64,000 nucleotides of DNA from Fonticula-like sp. SCN 57-25 (taxonomy: Eukaryota), in NCBI GenBank assembly GCA_001724245.1, contig MEDX01000019.1, positions 1 through 64,000 of the forward strand, written 5' to 3'. A program made the position numbers and the translations under genes. The notes under the pieces are model-generated. The model had not been told where the DNA came from and searched no databases. It saw only the letters and a program-made list of their open reading frames with translations. Positions within the stretch are counted from its first letter, which is position 1, and each line of letters begins with the position of its first letter. Shown here in pieces: positions 24,033-36,484 of the stretch.

Positions 24033-26954
24033 TTACGCGGTAAACGCAGCGGCAACAGCCACAATAGCAGCGGCAGCCACGACGAGCGGCGCCACGCCAG
24101 CGTACGACGCGCCAGATCCGGTCGGGGTCGGCGTCACAGACGGCGGGACGGTCGGCGGCGGCGTCAGACCAGGAACTACCAATCAGAAACAAGCATTTCA
24201 CATGTTAGCCAATCACGCTTTAGGTTATATGTGCACGCACCCTTGCTGAAGCCAACGACGCACTGCGCCATGCGGGAGCCAGCGTTGCCGGTGGGCTGCG
24301 TCGTGCAGTCATCGGGGTTGGAGTGGATGATGAAGCCGTGGCCGAGCGCGCTGCTCTTGCCGGTCGGCGAAAGACTACGCAAAATATTATGGTCAGTATG
24401 GGACGGAAGGTACAGGCAATTCACATAATATGTATCATCACATTACCACGATAATGTTTCCTCATAGAATATAATACACACCACAAATTGCTCAATACAT
24501 TTTTAACCATATTTCCATCATTATCCACTCCCGCCATTTCCCGCCACTTTTCTTTTGCGTACGTAAGCAGGTGAGTCGTAACGTTGGCATTAACAACACC
24601 GCCAGTCGACGCCTCAATGTTGCCGAGATCGCCCGCGTGGCGCACCTCGGGGTCGCAGCCGTGCGCCGTGTTGGACGGGTTAAAGTGACCGCCGGTCTTG
24701 GAGCCGCCGGCCGTATCGCTGACGTCACCAAAGGCGTGCACGTGGAAGCCGTGGATAGAAGAAGCGACAAAGTCGCGCGCGGAGACGGACACGTGGACGC
24801 CGGCGTCGGAGGGCGTGAGGCGGATGGTGCCGCGGACATTGGAGCTGTTGATGTCTTCGAGGACGCACGTGGCCTCGTAGTCGGTCACTGAATGGTGTGT
24901 CAGCGAAGAGAACAAAAGGAAGAGCGAAAAAGACTCAGTAGACAATGACGAAATATACAAAAGATAGGCATAAATAGACAGATATTGACCAGAACACAAC
25001 CAAATGTAGTCCATCGAAATCGACTTCAAAACATATACAATAAACATCAACTGTACCGATGGGCGGCGACACGACGGTAGTAGCGAGGGGCGACTCGAAC
25101 GCGTAGCCAACAACGCCAGCCATGAGAATGTTGCCAACTATAACACGTCAGCAAAAAAAAACATTTAAGTTCATCGGCACGTACCGTTGTAGCTAGCATC
25201 GCACGAGTCGACGTGCGATGAGAGGGACACACCGCGGCCGATAATAAAGCCGCTCGACGACGCGTCCAGCCTACAAATACGTTAGCCTAACCACATGGCA
25301 ACACACTCGCGTACGAAGAAAGAGGCGAAAACATGACAGCGTTGGCGCCAGTGGTCGCCGTATACTGCACATTGCCGAGGCCGCCAGCCTCGCCCGACGA
25401 GCCGCAGCCGTGCGGCGCGTCAGTCGGGTTGAAAACGCTGCCGAGATGCGCCGCGCGGCCGTCGGTCATGTCACCGAGCGTGTGAATGTGCACGCTGAGC
25501 GTCGTGTCGGCCGTAAAAGTGCCAGTGGGAATGTTCAAAACGTGGACGGCGGACGGGCGGCCGTTGTTGAAAACGCGGTGCGACTCGACGGTGGCGTACG
25601 CGCCGGCGGCAAAGGACGTGCCGGCGGCGGGGCGGAGGCGGGCGATGGAGTGCGCGTCGGGGATGGCGGCGGAGCCGCGGATGCCAATCACGCCGGCGGC
25701 GAACGGCGTGCTGCCGCGGTTGCCGTCGGGGACGGTCGTGCAGTCGTCCGAGCCAAAGACGCCGACGCCGCGGCCGACAATGTAGGCGCTGCTGCGTTTG
25801 AGGAGGAGAGCGCCGTCAGGGATGGCGACGCTCGCGCTGTAGACAATGCCGTCGGCGGAGGCGACAAAGTTGCCGAGGAAGCCGTGAATGCTCGTGCAGG
25901 CGGGGGAAGCGCTGGTAGGGTCAAAGATGGCGGCGTTGCTGAGGTCAGAAATGTCGCCGGCGGCGAGGACGTAGACGGAGCAGCGCTCGTTGGCGCCGAG
26001 GCCGGAGAGGAAGACGGTGGCGGTGAGGGTGGCGCCGTCGGAAGTCTCCTTGAAGGTGACCTGGCCGTTGACGTTGGCGCCGCGGAGGATGGCGACGGCG
26101 GACAGGAGGTCGCTCGTCACGGCTAAAGAGGGTGTCAGAAGCAAAAAAACTACGGTATTCTCAAAATGGCGCACCCGGAGGCGTAACGTTGGCGGGCTCC
26201 TCGGAGGAGCTCTTGATACCGATGACACCGGTGAGGAGGCGCGAGCCGGCATTGCCGGTAGGCTGGGTCACGCAATCGTCGGCAGCCGAGTGCACGACAA
26301 TCATGCGGCCGAGAATGTACGAGGTGCTGTTGGCGTCGAGCGAAGCGCCCTGGCTGACAAACATCTTGGAGCCGGTGCCATCGGCGCCGATCTCAATGTT
26401 GCCCTAAGGGATGCGTTAGAAAGAGGAGCGATGACGTCGACGCACGAGATCGCCAGCGTGGCGAGGGCCGGTGCAGGCGTGGGAGAGGCCTTCGGGGTTG
26501 TAGTGGCCGCCAGCAGCAGAGCCGTCGGTGCTAGCGAGATCGCCAAACTGGTGCAGGTGGACGCCGAGGGTGCGGCCTAGCGACGAGGCTTAGCAGGGAA
26601 GTGTGTGGGGGGAGAGGGGGGAGAGAAGCAAAAAGAGACGAAAAAAGATACAATAAAGTGAAGAAAAACGTACTCGCAGGCATGCCAGAAAGGGAAACTT
26701 CAACAGAAATGCCGGCCGTCTATTAAAACACCGTTAGCGAGATCGAGCTGCGAAGCGTCGACGCACGGTGTTGGTCAAAAGAACGGTGCCCGAGCATGTC
26801 GTGCATCCCGCCGTCGGAGTCAGCTTTGCAACAAAAGTGGGAAAAGCTAAAAGATCGTGCTGGTCAGTAAAATAAAAATATATTTTCGCGCGCGCGCAAA
26901 CGCACCGCTGGCCGTAGCCGCCAGCGCAAGCAGCAGAAGCGCCGCCGCCTTCAT
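24033..26954 (-). CDS. Secreted, probably GPI-anchored protein with four tandem Cu/Zn-SOD (SodC-like) domains; about 10 exons
   Basis: Signal peptide MKAAALLLLALAATASG. Domain 1 GVHLHQFGD..GGHYNP..HAC..RHAGDLGNI..IVVHSAADDCVTQPTGNAGSR. Domain 4 GFHVHAFGD..GGHFNP..HGC..RHAGDLGNI..IIHSNPDDCTTQPTGNAGSR. Two degenerate domains lie between. Tail is P/T-rich then SGASYAGVAPLVVAAAAIVAVAAAFTA-stop. Confidence 0.85.
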
Positions 26955-27523
26955 GTTGTCCCTGAAGAAGAGACGCTTAGCAGGAACGCGCGTGTTTGAT
27001 TGGTTCAGAATGAACGACTCATTTATGTTTATCCACGTGGCCTACATTTTTGTTTGATTTTTCTTTTCGGTGAACAGCCGCTGCGAATTATGTATCAAAA
27101 ATATAACTAAAATACGAAAATACGCTATGGAAAGCACTCTTTCTCGCATTGTTCTTTTATTTTTTTGATACTCGCCCAACTCGATTATTCAAATATGCAA
27201 TGAAACCTGATCATCCATGATCTATCAATGCAACCATACTGGGTATTCTCTTTCATGTCTATATTTGATTGATCAGGTCGTGTTTGACGGCGTTTTCTTA
27301 GCGTAGGCACCTACTCAGTCGATGGACATACAAAACAAGTGCATATGGGCATCTCCTTATGCACCCATCACTATTTATGCGTTTACACAGAGTCAACAAC
27401 ACCTTGTTCGTTTCAATGCACTGAAGTCCAATCTAAAAAGTCTCCTTTATTGGCATCATAAACAAACAATCACCAAAACATTACTTTTATATACAAACTA
27501 GTCGGTCTCTTCTTCCTTCCACC

Positions 27524-29626
27524 TCACCTGCGCGCCCCACCACGCCCGCCGCGCCCGCCGCGCCCAGCCGGCTTGCGCGCACGCTCGCCCACCTGCGCCG
27601 CCTTCATCGCCGCCTTGACACCCGCCGACTTGCGGTTCTTGTTCTTGACATTGACGCGGTCATAGTAGCGGTCGCCGACCTTTTGCTTATTGGTCGTCAT
27701 GCGCTTCTCCTTCTTGGGCGCGCGCTCCTCTCCCTCATCATCGCTGGCGGGCGCCTCGACCTCCTCGGCCTCGTCGGCACTGTCGCCGCGCACATCCTCA
27801 TCATCTTCCTCATCATCATCACCAACAGTGACGTCAGCAACCGATTCCTCCTCAGCCTCTTCCTCAGCCTCTTCTTCCTCTTCGGCCTCCTCCTCGGCCT
27901 TGCGCTTCCGCGTGGCGGCCGTCGCGGCCTCTGCCTTGCGCTTGGGCGTCCGCTTCTTGGCCACGTTCTCAATGTCCTCCTCGCCGTCGGCGTCGTTGAA
28001 CACCTCGTCCCAGTCAATGTCGCCGGCGTCGGCGCCGTCCGCGTCTTCGTCGACGGCCTCGCCAGTCTTCATGTCCTGCTCAGAGAACTCGCTCGAGACG
28101 CTAATCTTGCCAAAGATCTGCTTGACGGCAGGGACGGGCGCGGCCGAAACAGTCTCCTCAGTAGCTTCGGCCGTCTGCGCGGCCTCGGCGGCCTCTGCGG
28201 CGGCGGCGAGGGCGGCGGCGCGCTCCGGCGGCGACTTGTAGTACGGGATGCGCCCCCTGATCCAGTCGTTGAGCACCATGCGCGCGGCCGTGGTGCAGTC
28301 GGGCTCGGCGCCCTTGAGCAGCTTGCCCGCCTTGCGCGCGACGGCGCCGAGGAACTCTGTCGGCGAACCCCAGTTGTCGATGCCGTACGTGCGCACCATG
28401 TACTCGTGCTTGACGCGCTCGAGCACTTCGGGGATGTGGAACTCGGGGTCCTTGAGGTTCTCAATGCGAACAACGCCCTTGAGGACAATGTCAGACTCGC
28501 TGTCGCCCGTCGGGTAGACAACGCCGGGGCAGTCGATGAGGTAGAGGCGGCGCATCAAAGTGATGTACTGCCACACCTTGGTCTCGCCGGGGATCGGGGC
28601 GACCTTGCACACCTTCTTCTTGCGAAGCGTGTTGATGATGGACGACTTGCCGACATTAGGGTAGCCAATAAAGCCAACGCTGATCTGCTTCTTGTCGCCA
28701 TGGAGCTTGCCAAACTGGCGGAGAAGCTGGATCAGAGAGCCCTTACCGAAGGGGTTGGTGATCGAGGCGTGGAAGGCCAGCGTGGGGTACTCGGCAGAGA
28801 GCGTCTGGACCCAGCGCGCGGTGGCCCACGGCGGGACAAGATCGCACTTGTTCAGGACAAGCACGACGTGCTTGTGGGGGCACTCCTTGCGAATGTGCTG
28901 CTCGGCGTGGAAGCAGCGCGTGCCCATCGGGTCGCGCGCATCGAGCACCTGCACGACCACATCAGAAGAGTCAATAACCTTGTACAGCTCGCCCCAAATG
29001 CGCTTCGACTGGCCCTTGGAGAAGATGGGGTCCATCGCCTCGTCGCGCGCGTCGAGCGTGCCGGCGGCGGTTTTGCGATCAGTGTCCTTGTCAGAGCTGT
29101 AGCTGTCGCCCTGCGTGGCGGCCTTGCTGGCGAGATCTTCCATCGTGGAAAGGCTCATGCGCGGGCGCTTGCGGAGCGCCTTGGGGCCAAAGGTCTTGTC
29201 AAAGGACTCCACCTCGAGGAGGTTCATCTTGGTCTGCTTGGTGGAATCAAGCAGCAAGCTCATGGGGAGCTTGTGCTGACGCAGGAGAACCTGGTAGGGA
29301 TCGTGGACGCGCTTGCCCATCTCCTCGCGGAACGAGGTCAGCTCGTTCTGGCCGACGACGCGCGTGTTGCCGAACCAGCGGCGGTCGGGCTGAATGCGGA
29401 CCGGGCCCGTCTCGCTCGACTGGAGCGTCGCGGCGCGAACAAGCGAGCCGCGCTCATCGCGCACGGCCTTGCCCTTGGTGTACATCTTGAGGCGCTTCAG
29501 CTTTGAGCCGCTGCGGTAGAAATTCTCGCCCTTGTTAATAGGCGCGAGGGCATTCTGCGGGCCCGTCGTGCGGACGCCGCCGATCTTGCCATGCGTGGCG
29601 CGCTCCTTATCCTTGCTCTTGGCCAT
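27524..29626 (-). CDS. NOG2: Nucleolar GTP-binding protein 2; intronless
   Basis: NGP1NT region ([11 protein letters not shown]), [42 protein letters not shown] (circularly permuted GTPase), acidic tail. Confidence 0.97.
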   Translation of the reverse strand: MAKSKDKERATHGKIGGVRTTGPQNALAPINKGENFYRSGSKLKRLKMYTKGKAVRDERGSLVRAATLQSSETGPVRIQPDRRWFGNTRVVGQNELTSFREEMGKRVHDPYQVLLRQHKLPMSLLLDSTKQTKMNLLEVESFDKTFGPKALRKRPRMSLSTMEDLASKAATQGDSYSSDKDTDRKTAAGTLDARDEAMDPIFSKGQSKRIWGELYKVIDSSDVVVQVLDARDPMGTRCFHAEQHIRKECPHKHVVLVLNKCDLVPPWATARWVQTLSAEYPTLAFHASITNPFGKGSLIQLLRQFGKLHGDKKQISVGFIGYPNVGKSSIINTLRKKKVCKVAPIPGETKVWQYITLMRRLYLIDCPGVVYPTGDSESDIVLKGVVRIENLKDPEFHIPEVLERVKHEYMVRTYGIDNWGSPTEFLGAVARKAGKLLKGAEPDCTTAARMVLNDWIRGRIPYYKSPPERAAALAAAAEAAEAAQTAEATEETVSAAPVPAVKQIFGKISVSSEFSEQDMKTGEAVDEDADGADAGDIDWDEVFNDADGEEDIENVAKKRTPKRKAEAATAATRKRKAEEEAEEEEEAEEEAEEESVADVTVGDDDEEDDEDVRGDSADEAEEVEAPASDDEGEERAPKKEKRMTTNKQKVGDRYYDRVNVKNKNRKSAGVKAAMKAAQVGERARKPAGRGGRGGRGGARR

Positions 29627-29824
29627 CGCGATGACCTCTCCACGCCACGTGTGGAAACAAGAGCAAACTAGTTTGCAATCTGAAAACTGCAAACTCGTTT
29701 GAAGCAGTCATTGAGGAGCGCGCTGATTGGTCGACGCCGCGCATTCCATTTGCGTTGACGAGGAGATCAAAGGCCGACGGTGGGCTAGCTGCAAAACCAT
29801 TTTGCGGCCACCGTACTGCCGACA

Positions 29825-32187
29825 ATGTCGACCTCACCGAGTTCGCCGACTGGGCATCTGGTGCGCATTTGTGCATCTTTTCATATATTTATCATACTAA
29901 TCTGATGTTTTGCAGCCCTGGGCGACCGATCCTGCCGCCGAGCCGCGCCGCACCATTGCAGATCTTGAAACACCAATCCCCGAGCGCGCCGTCACAGTAC
30001 GCCGCGCCCGCCTTATTATAATTTGCTCATGTTTTTCTTTTAGACACTTTCTGCCTTGAAACATGTGAAAACCGCACGCTTTGGCCATCTCAAGCTGCAG
30101 CAAAAGGGCACATCAGTGCTGGGCTTTGTAAAGTCGCTGCTCGGCCTGAGCTCGTGCGTCATTGTCGTGACGCGCCAGCGCTACTATCTATTCAAGGACT
30201 GGAGCGACGAGAGCGCGCCGTGCCTTGTGAGCGTCTCGCTGGTCGACGCTCTCATTCGCCAGATGGACGAATCGTTCACATTCTGCGTCCTCGAGGCTGG
30301 TCTGCCGGCGGATCGGCAGTGGGACGTGACCGCCCCATCGGTGACAGAGTACCGCGCGTGGATCAACGCTCTTCAGCAGGGCTCCAGGGCTCACTTGGAG
30401 CAGCGCCGTCAGGTACGTTTGGGTAGTTTGGACAAACATGGGAAAGTGCAGCGATTTCGTCGATGAACAATATTTTTTGGGCATGTTTGTTGTGCAATTC
30501 ACCTTTTGAATGTGTTTTCCTCTTTTTTTGATCGCCTTTTCGCCTTTTTCTGCCACTTTTCTGCCGTATTTACTTACTTTTCTCTCCAGTACGTCCTTCG
30601 CTACGTCGTGCTTGTGCAAAAAAACGTCCGCCGCCACCAGCAGCGCAAGCGCTTCCTCTGCGCCGTCTCCTACGTCACTCTCTGCCAGAGCAACGTGCGC
30701 ACCAACCAGGCCCGCCGCGCCTACCTCCTTTCCCGCCGCCGCGTCATCCTCGTGCAGAGCCTCGCGCGCCGCTGGATCGCCCAGCGCGTCTTCATGCAGA
30801 TGCGCCTCCGCAGCAACATTTCCAAATTCCACGCGCACCGCACAAACGTCGTCAAGGAGCTTCGCGACACCGAAGCGAGCTACATTGCCGACCTTGACAC
30901 TGTCATTAAAGTGTTTTTGAAGCCGCTTCGGTCGTTTTTCCCCGCCGAAGCGCCGCCCGCCGTCGTCCACAACCCTTCCCGCCTCGCCTTTTCCCCCCCG
31001 ACGAGCCCCGCGGCCGCGTCGCCGTCGCCGACCGTCTCGCGAAAGGACAAGTCGGCGCTCAAGGAAAAAGACGCCGTCACGGCCGACGACATTGCGGCTA
31101 TTTTTAGCACCATTGAGGATATTCGCGCAAAGCATGGGCCGGTGCTCGCCGCGTTTGATGACGTGCTCAAGGGGTGGAACGAGACGACGACAGTGTCGCA
31201 GATTTTGCTCGAGATGACGGCGTGGATTCCAGAGTGTTATGTGCCGTACTGCAACAACTATGAGAATGCGACGCACGTGCTCGAGTACTGCAAGAGGAAT
31301 GAAAAGTTTATGAAGGTGATTGATGCGGGGTCGGGGTTGAAGGCGGCAAAGAAGCTCGACTTGTTTTCGTTCTTGATCATGCCAGTGCAGCGGTACGAAC
31401 ATAGGAAAATTAGGAGGTAAAAGGGAAGAAGAATAGGCTATAAGTGTTGATTTGCTGTGAAAAGAGTCATGAAAGTGTTGTTTTTAATACCTTTTTGACG
31501 TTCAAATAATGTGTGAAGTGTCATTTATACTACCTTAGTGACAAAGTGAATACTTTATTCTAATCCACATTGTACCTAACCACTCCCCTTCAGTGTCCCC
31601 CGCTACATCCTCCTCCTCAAAGACCTTCTCAAGCGCACGTGGCCCGAACACCCCGACTACGCCGGCCTCACCCTCGCCATCGCCGAACTTTCCCGCGTTG
31701 CCAAGCAACTCAACGAAGCCAAACGCCGCGACGAAAACCGCCGCAAGATGGCCGCCCTCAAGCAGCGCTTTGCCACGACGACCGCCCTCAGCGACGTTGT
31801 TGCGGATGACGTGGCATGTTTGCATGAGGGGCCCGTCGAAGTGCGCGTTGGTGACGGGCCGTCGGTAAAGTCGTACCTGTTGCTATTTTCGGACTCGCTT
31901 ATTATTTCAAAGCGGACGACGGAAAGGGGGCTCGATCCAAAGAGCAGGTCGTTTGTAAAGACGTACAGGTTTTCGGATGCGGCCGTGCTGCAATTGACCG
32001 ATGTTTCGTCGGTTACAAAGTCACCTACGGACGTCAGCGGTGCGTATGGCCACGTGGAAAATGTTTTGCTTACTCTTTTTTAGCTTTTAATCTTGTGGCG
32101 GCGGGCAAGCCGTACAGGTTCTGTGCAAAGACACAGGCCGAGGCGGACGAGTGGGTCAAGGAACTTAAAACGGTTCATTCGCCGTGA
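29825..32187 (+). CDS. RhoGEF: PH - IQ-like repeats - DH - PH; multi-exon
   Basis: PH (FGHLKLQ...EYRAWINALQ), IQ-like motifs (LVQKNVRRH, LVQSLARRWIAQR), DH (VVKELRDTEASYIADL...FLIMPVQR/VPRYILLLKDLLKRTWPEHPDY), terminal PH (YLLLFSDSLII...EADEWVKEL). Confidence 0.85.
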
Positions 32188-32515
32188 GCATGGCCACGTG
32201 GGTAAGTGGGTGTACAGTATGTGGCATATCAGTTTGTGCCGGTGTTTTTTTAGTATGGTGCGGTTTATCAATGGCATGCAGTTTTTTATAGTATGCAATT
32301 CAGGATTTGCTCAAATACAAAGTAGTTTATGTCGATTCACAGTTGATAATATATCATAGTGGAAATCGTAAGAGCTTGCTGCGAGTGTTGCTATCTTTTT
32401 TTAATACTTTTATGGCTTTTCAGTGAAGCAAAGATCATTATTCATGCATCGTCCATTGATCCAATGATCGATCATATTACGACCACGTGAACGACAAATC
32501 ACGTGACGTTGTACG

Positions 32516-33731
32516 ATGACGGCGCATGCGGCCGCGGCCGAAGATGCCGGCGGCACGGCCAAGCTGCTGCGACCGTATCGCACACTGGTCGCCGCGGGCG
32601 TCGGTGGCATGTGCGGTATCATTGTCGGATTTCCATTCGACACTGTAAAGACCAAGATGCAGACGTACGGGTTCAAGACCATGGGCGATTGCTCAAGATA
32701 CACGATGAAGCATGAAGGTACGCTTGGCATGCGTGCCCACTGGGCAATCTCGGCTGATCTCCGTGTGTTTTTCATAGGATTTCGAGGCTTTTACCGCGGC
32801 ATTATCCCGCCGTTCTGCCTCGTCACCGTTATGAAGGCGCTTTCCTTTCAAGTATACGAATCTGGCCGCACGCATCTCTCCCTCGCCTCTGGCATGGATC
32901 GGCTGAGCCTACCGGTCGTGATGGGCGCCGGGATCCTCTCGGGCACGATGGCCGCTTTTGCAAACTGCCCTTTCGACCTTATCAAGATCAACATGCAGCT
33001 TGCGCGGCTGCGTGCTGGTACGCTCCCCTCTGAACGTTGAAGGGTTCTGATCCCATGATGTTCTGTGCAGCCAAGGAAGGTGCCAATGCGCCGATGACGA
33101 GCTGGTCAACTGCAAGGGAAGTCGTGAGGACAAGAGGGTTCTTTGGGCTTTATCTTGGCCTTTCGGCGCTCATTGCGCGTGACGGGATCGGCACGGCCGT
33201 CTACTTTGGGACGTACGAGAGCATCTACCGCATCGCGGGGGTCAGCAGACAGGTACGACAAAGGGCCAATGTTGAAGGGAAAGTGTCATTTTGGGTTATT
33301 TTTGGCATTTTAATAGTGTTTTAAGTGTATTTTTGCTTTATTTACTCTGTTTTGTAGTTTATTGTCCATCGCTTGTTCATTTTTCAGTATCTTTTCCCTT
33401 CTTTTCTCCACTTTTCCCGCCACATTTCAACTGACCCTTTACCCAGGACGCCCCCTCCTCTGCCCACATGGCCGCCGGTGGCCTCGCCGGCATGGCCTCC
33501 TGGATGGCCATCTTCCCCGTCGACCTCGTAAAGTCACGTGTTCCAAAGGACGCCCTCAGCCCCTCGCCGGCCTACAAGGGCCTATTGGACTGCGCCTCGC
33601 GCATTATAAAAGAGAATGGCGTGCGCGCACTTTATAATGGACTGCAGCCGACACTTGTGCGCGCTTTTCCGATTCATGCAGTCAACTTTTTGGTGTATGA
33701 GCGCGTCCTTGCCATCATCGGAACGGATTAG
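32516..33731 (+). CDS. Mitochondrial carrier (SLC25), carnitine/basic amino-acid carrier subgroup; multi-exon
   Basis: Three PxDxxK signatures (FPFDTVKTKMQ, CPFDLIKINMQ, FPVDLVKSR), plus GFRGFYRG, ARDGIG and LVRAFPIHAVNFLVYE. Confidence 0.9.
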
Positions 33732-34084
33732 AGATACAGAAAGAGGAGGAAAGGGAACCATTTTTGATAAGGATTCTTGTAAATATCATTGTAAATAACC
33801 AACTTTATGGTATTTTGAATATAAAACTATTGATTTGTGATGGACGCAATAAAGAAAAGTGCTTCAACAAAGTTCAAATTTAGTATCTTTTCGACCAACT
33901 AATTTAGGGTCATCTGTGCCTATCTGTGTCTATGCAAATAAAAGGAATTCATTGCGTAAAAGTATAATATTATGGATTCTGCTTGCAAGTATCGAAGCCA
34001 AGTATATATGGATACAAAAAAACAAACACAACAAACCGGCCTCTCTCCACTGACCCATGCATGCGATAAAATGCAAATTCTCTG

Positions 34085-36176
34085 CTACTCTTTCAACCAC
34101 GGGTGCTGTAACAGCTCTTCCCTCTTTATCTGGTCCTCTGGCTCATCGGCAAGCAGCCTATCGACCAGATCCCACGCCTCTTCCGACACTTGCGCCTTTA
34201 CTTCCTCCTCTATCCCCTTCCTAACCCCATCGGCAATATCCTCCTGCGTGACAAACGGGTATTCCCCCGTGAGCATGATGTACAGCAGCACGCCCATTGA
34301 CCACAGCTCCTGCCTCACGGGCATATACGGCAGCCTTCTAACGACTTCCGGCGACGAAATGTGCTGCGTTCCGACAAAGGAAATAAACGGCTCGCCCTCG
34401 ACAAACGTCCTGCTCGACCCGAAATCAATGAGCTTGATTGCCATCGTGTCCGGGTCGACAATAATGTTTTCGTCCTTGAGGTCGCCGTGGATGATGTTGC
34501 GGTCAAAGAGGTACATGATGGCGCGCGCGACTTGGCGGAGAACCGTGCGCGCGTCGGATTCGGAAAGGCGGTCAACGTCGGAAATGTGGTCAAAGAGGTC
34601 GCGGCCGGGGCCGAATTGCGGCATGACAAGCACGAAATAGTCGGCGCTTTCATAGTAGCAGAGCAGCTCGACAATGCACTCGTGGTGAAGGTCGCTGAGG
34701 ACGGTGATCTCAAAGGGGACGCCGCCGCCGCCGCTGTGGTGGCTGCCGCCGCGGTTGACGTTGCCATTGCTGCCGGCGCGGTGAGGGCGGTTCTTGGATT
34801 TCGGGAGGAATTTGAGGACGACGTGGTCGCCGGTGACGCGGTTGGTGGCGCTGCGCACAAAGCTGTAGCCGCCAGTGGCCGACTGAAGAGTGGAGAGCTC
34901 GTAGGTGTCCTTGAGGCTGCGGGCTTTCGAGCGCTTGCCGGCGGAGAGGCCGGTCTTGGCAAAGGCGGTGGCCATCACAATGTCCAGGGCGACGGCGCAG
35001 GCGGCTGTGGAAAAAAGTTAGGTAAGAAATGGGTGGAAATGGATGAAAAATGCGTAATTTACGTTGAAAAAAGTCACAAAAATTCAGCAAAAAGTGTCAA
35101 AATACGACCAAACACACTCAATACAATCACAAAATCGCATAATAATACATTTTCCATCCCTTTGGACACAAACACACTAACTTTCTCCAAAATATAAACA
35201 TATGTCCCCGTTGCGTACATGCGAGGTTTGCCATAAAAGTGTCCATTTCCGAGATCGGCCCGATCAGATCCGCGACGAGTTCCCCGTGCGAATAAAGCGA
35301 GCACGACTTTTCACCCTGCGTCCCCGCGCCGTCCTCTGCGTCGAGCACCTTTTCCACCGGCGTGTCCAATTCGGTCAGCAAGATCGAAAAGACGGGCGAC
35401 TCGCCCTTGACGTCGGACAGGTAAAACTTTAACTGGACGTCGGTGGCCTTGCAAAAGTACGTCAGGTACTCGCGGGGGCGATCGCGCGAGCCGTTCGTCT
35501 GCTTGAACAGGCAGCCGAAAATAAAGAGCGAGAAGCGCTCTTGGGGAAAATGGAGCGCAGAGATCGGCAGCGAGGCGGATCGCGAGTGCGCTGTGTCTAA
35601 GAGATGCTGCGGAAATCGCGCGCGCTCGGGTTCCGTGGGCAAGTCAATCTGACGAAGGGAAGTAAGCGACGAGTCGTCGACGCCCGAGGCGCCAGAGTCG
35701 CTCTCGGCATCGTGGCCGTCTGTCGATGTCTCTGTCATCGTCGCGGTGGGACGATTGCTGCGCAGCGACAGGGCGCGGCGAGGCCGAGGGGCAGGTTGTG
35801 TAGGCGATACCGGCGCTTCGCCGGGCACGCCGCTGAGAAGGGAGCCGCGCCGGCTGGACGTGGACGAGCGGCGGAATGTGTTCCAGAGGAAGCGGCCGAT
35901 CGTCCCCGACGACTTGCGGCGCGGCGCATCCTGGGATATGGAAAGGGACGTGAGGGAAGGGGATGACGGCACGCGAGAAGGGGGTCCGGAGGAAGGCGGC
36001 GATGATGCCACGCGAGCTGGGGACTCTGATGGAGGCGGCGTGCTTATTGACGACGACCGCTTCTTGCGCGTCAGCAGGCGATATAGACCAAGGAATCGGG
36101 ATGGAGGGGCCGCCGCATCCGACGTCAGAGTGAAAGGACCCCGACGCCGACGAGGCGGGGAAAAATCCGACGACAT
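34085..36176 (-). CDS. Ser/Thr kinase of PASK/PIM-like type with N-terminal Ser/Pro-rich region and PH-like domain; 2 exons
   Basis: Kinase VVLKFL, VPFEI, DLFDHI, HGDLKDENI, IKLIDFGS, FVGT..SPE, ELWSMGVLLY. Exon 1 (36176 to 35219) joins exon 2 in phase 1. Confidence 0.8.
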
Positions 36177-36350
36177 TGATCAATTTGCTATGAAAAAAAA
36201 TGTGTCATATAAATGTAATTGGAGAACTTGAAGATAGTGTGGTTGCCTGGGCGGGCGGTCGGTAAAACGTTAAAGGGAACACCCGAGAGATCCCCTCCGA
36301 GAGCCGGCAGAACCACCACCACACACAAACCACGCGCACAACAGGACAAA

Positions 36351-36390
36351 CCAATCAGCGCGTGTACGTCACGTGACCTTGAACCAATCA
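36351..36390. promoter_or_regulatory. CCAAT - GTCACGTGAC E-box - CCAAT in kinase/PFK divergent promoter
   Basis: ccaatc at 36351 and 36384 flank the perfect palindrome gtcacgtgac at 36368-36377. Confidence 0.65.
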
Positions 36391-36484
36391 CAGCGCCGTA
36401 TCAGCGCTTTGTTTATGCTGAGTCACTTGATTTCCTGATCGTGTTTTTTGGCTTGTTCCGTCGAGGCCGAGATTTCCCAGGACA

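Noticed and set aside
27683-29506. 607-aa + strand ORF, and similar long ORFs at 8435..10006, 5839..7041, 16089..17063, 30188..31402 and 58291..59232
   Set aside because: Antisense shadows of real GC-rich genes; no motifs of their own.
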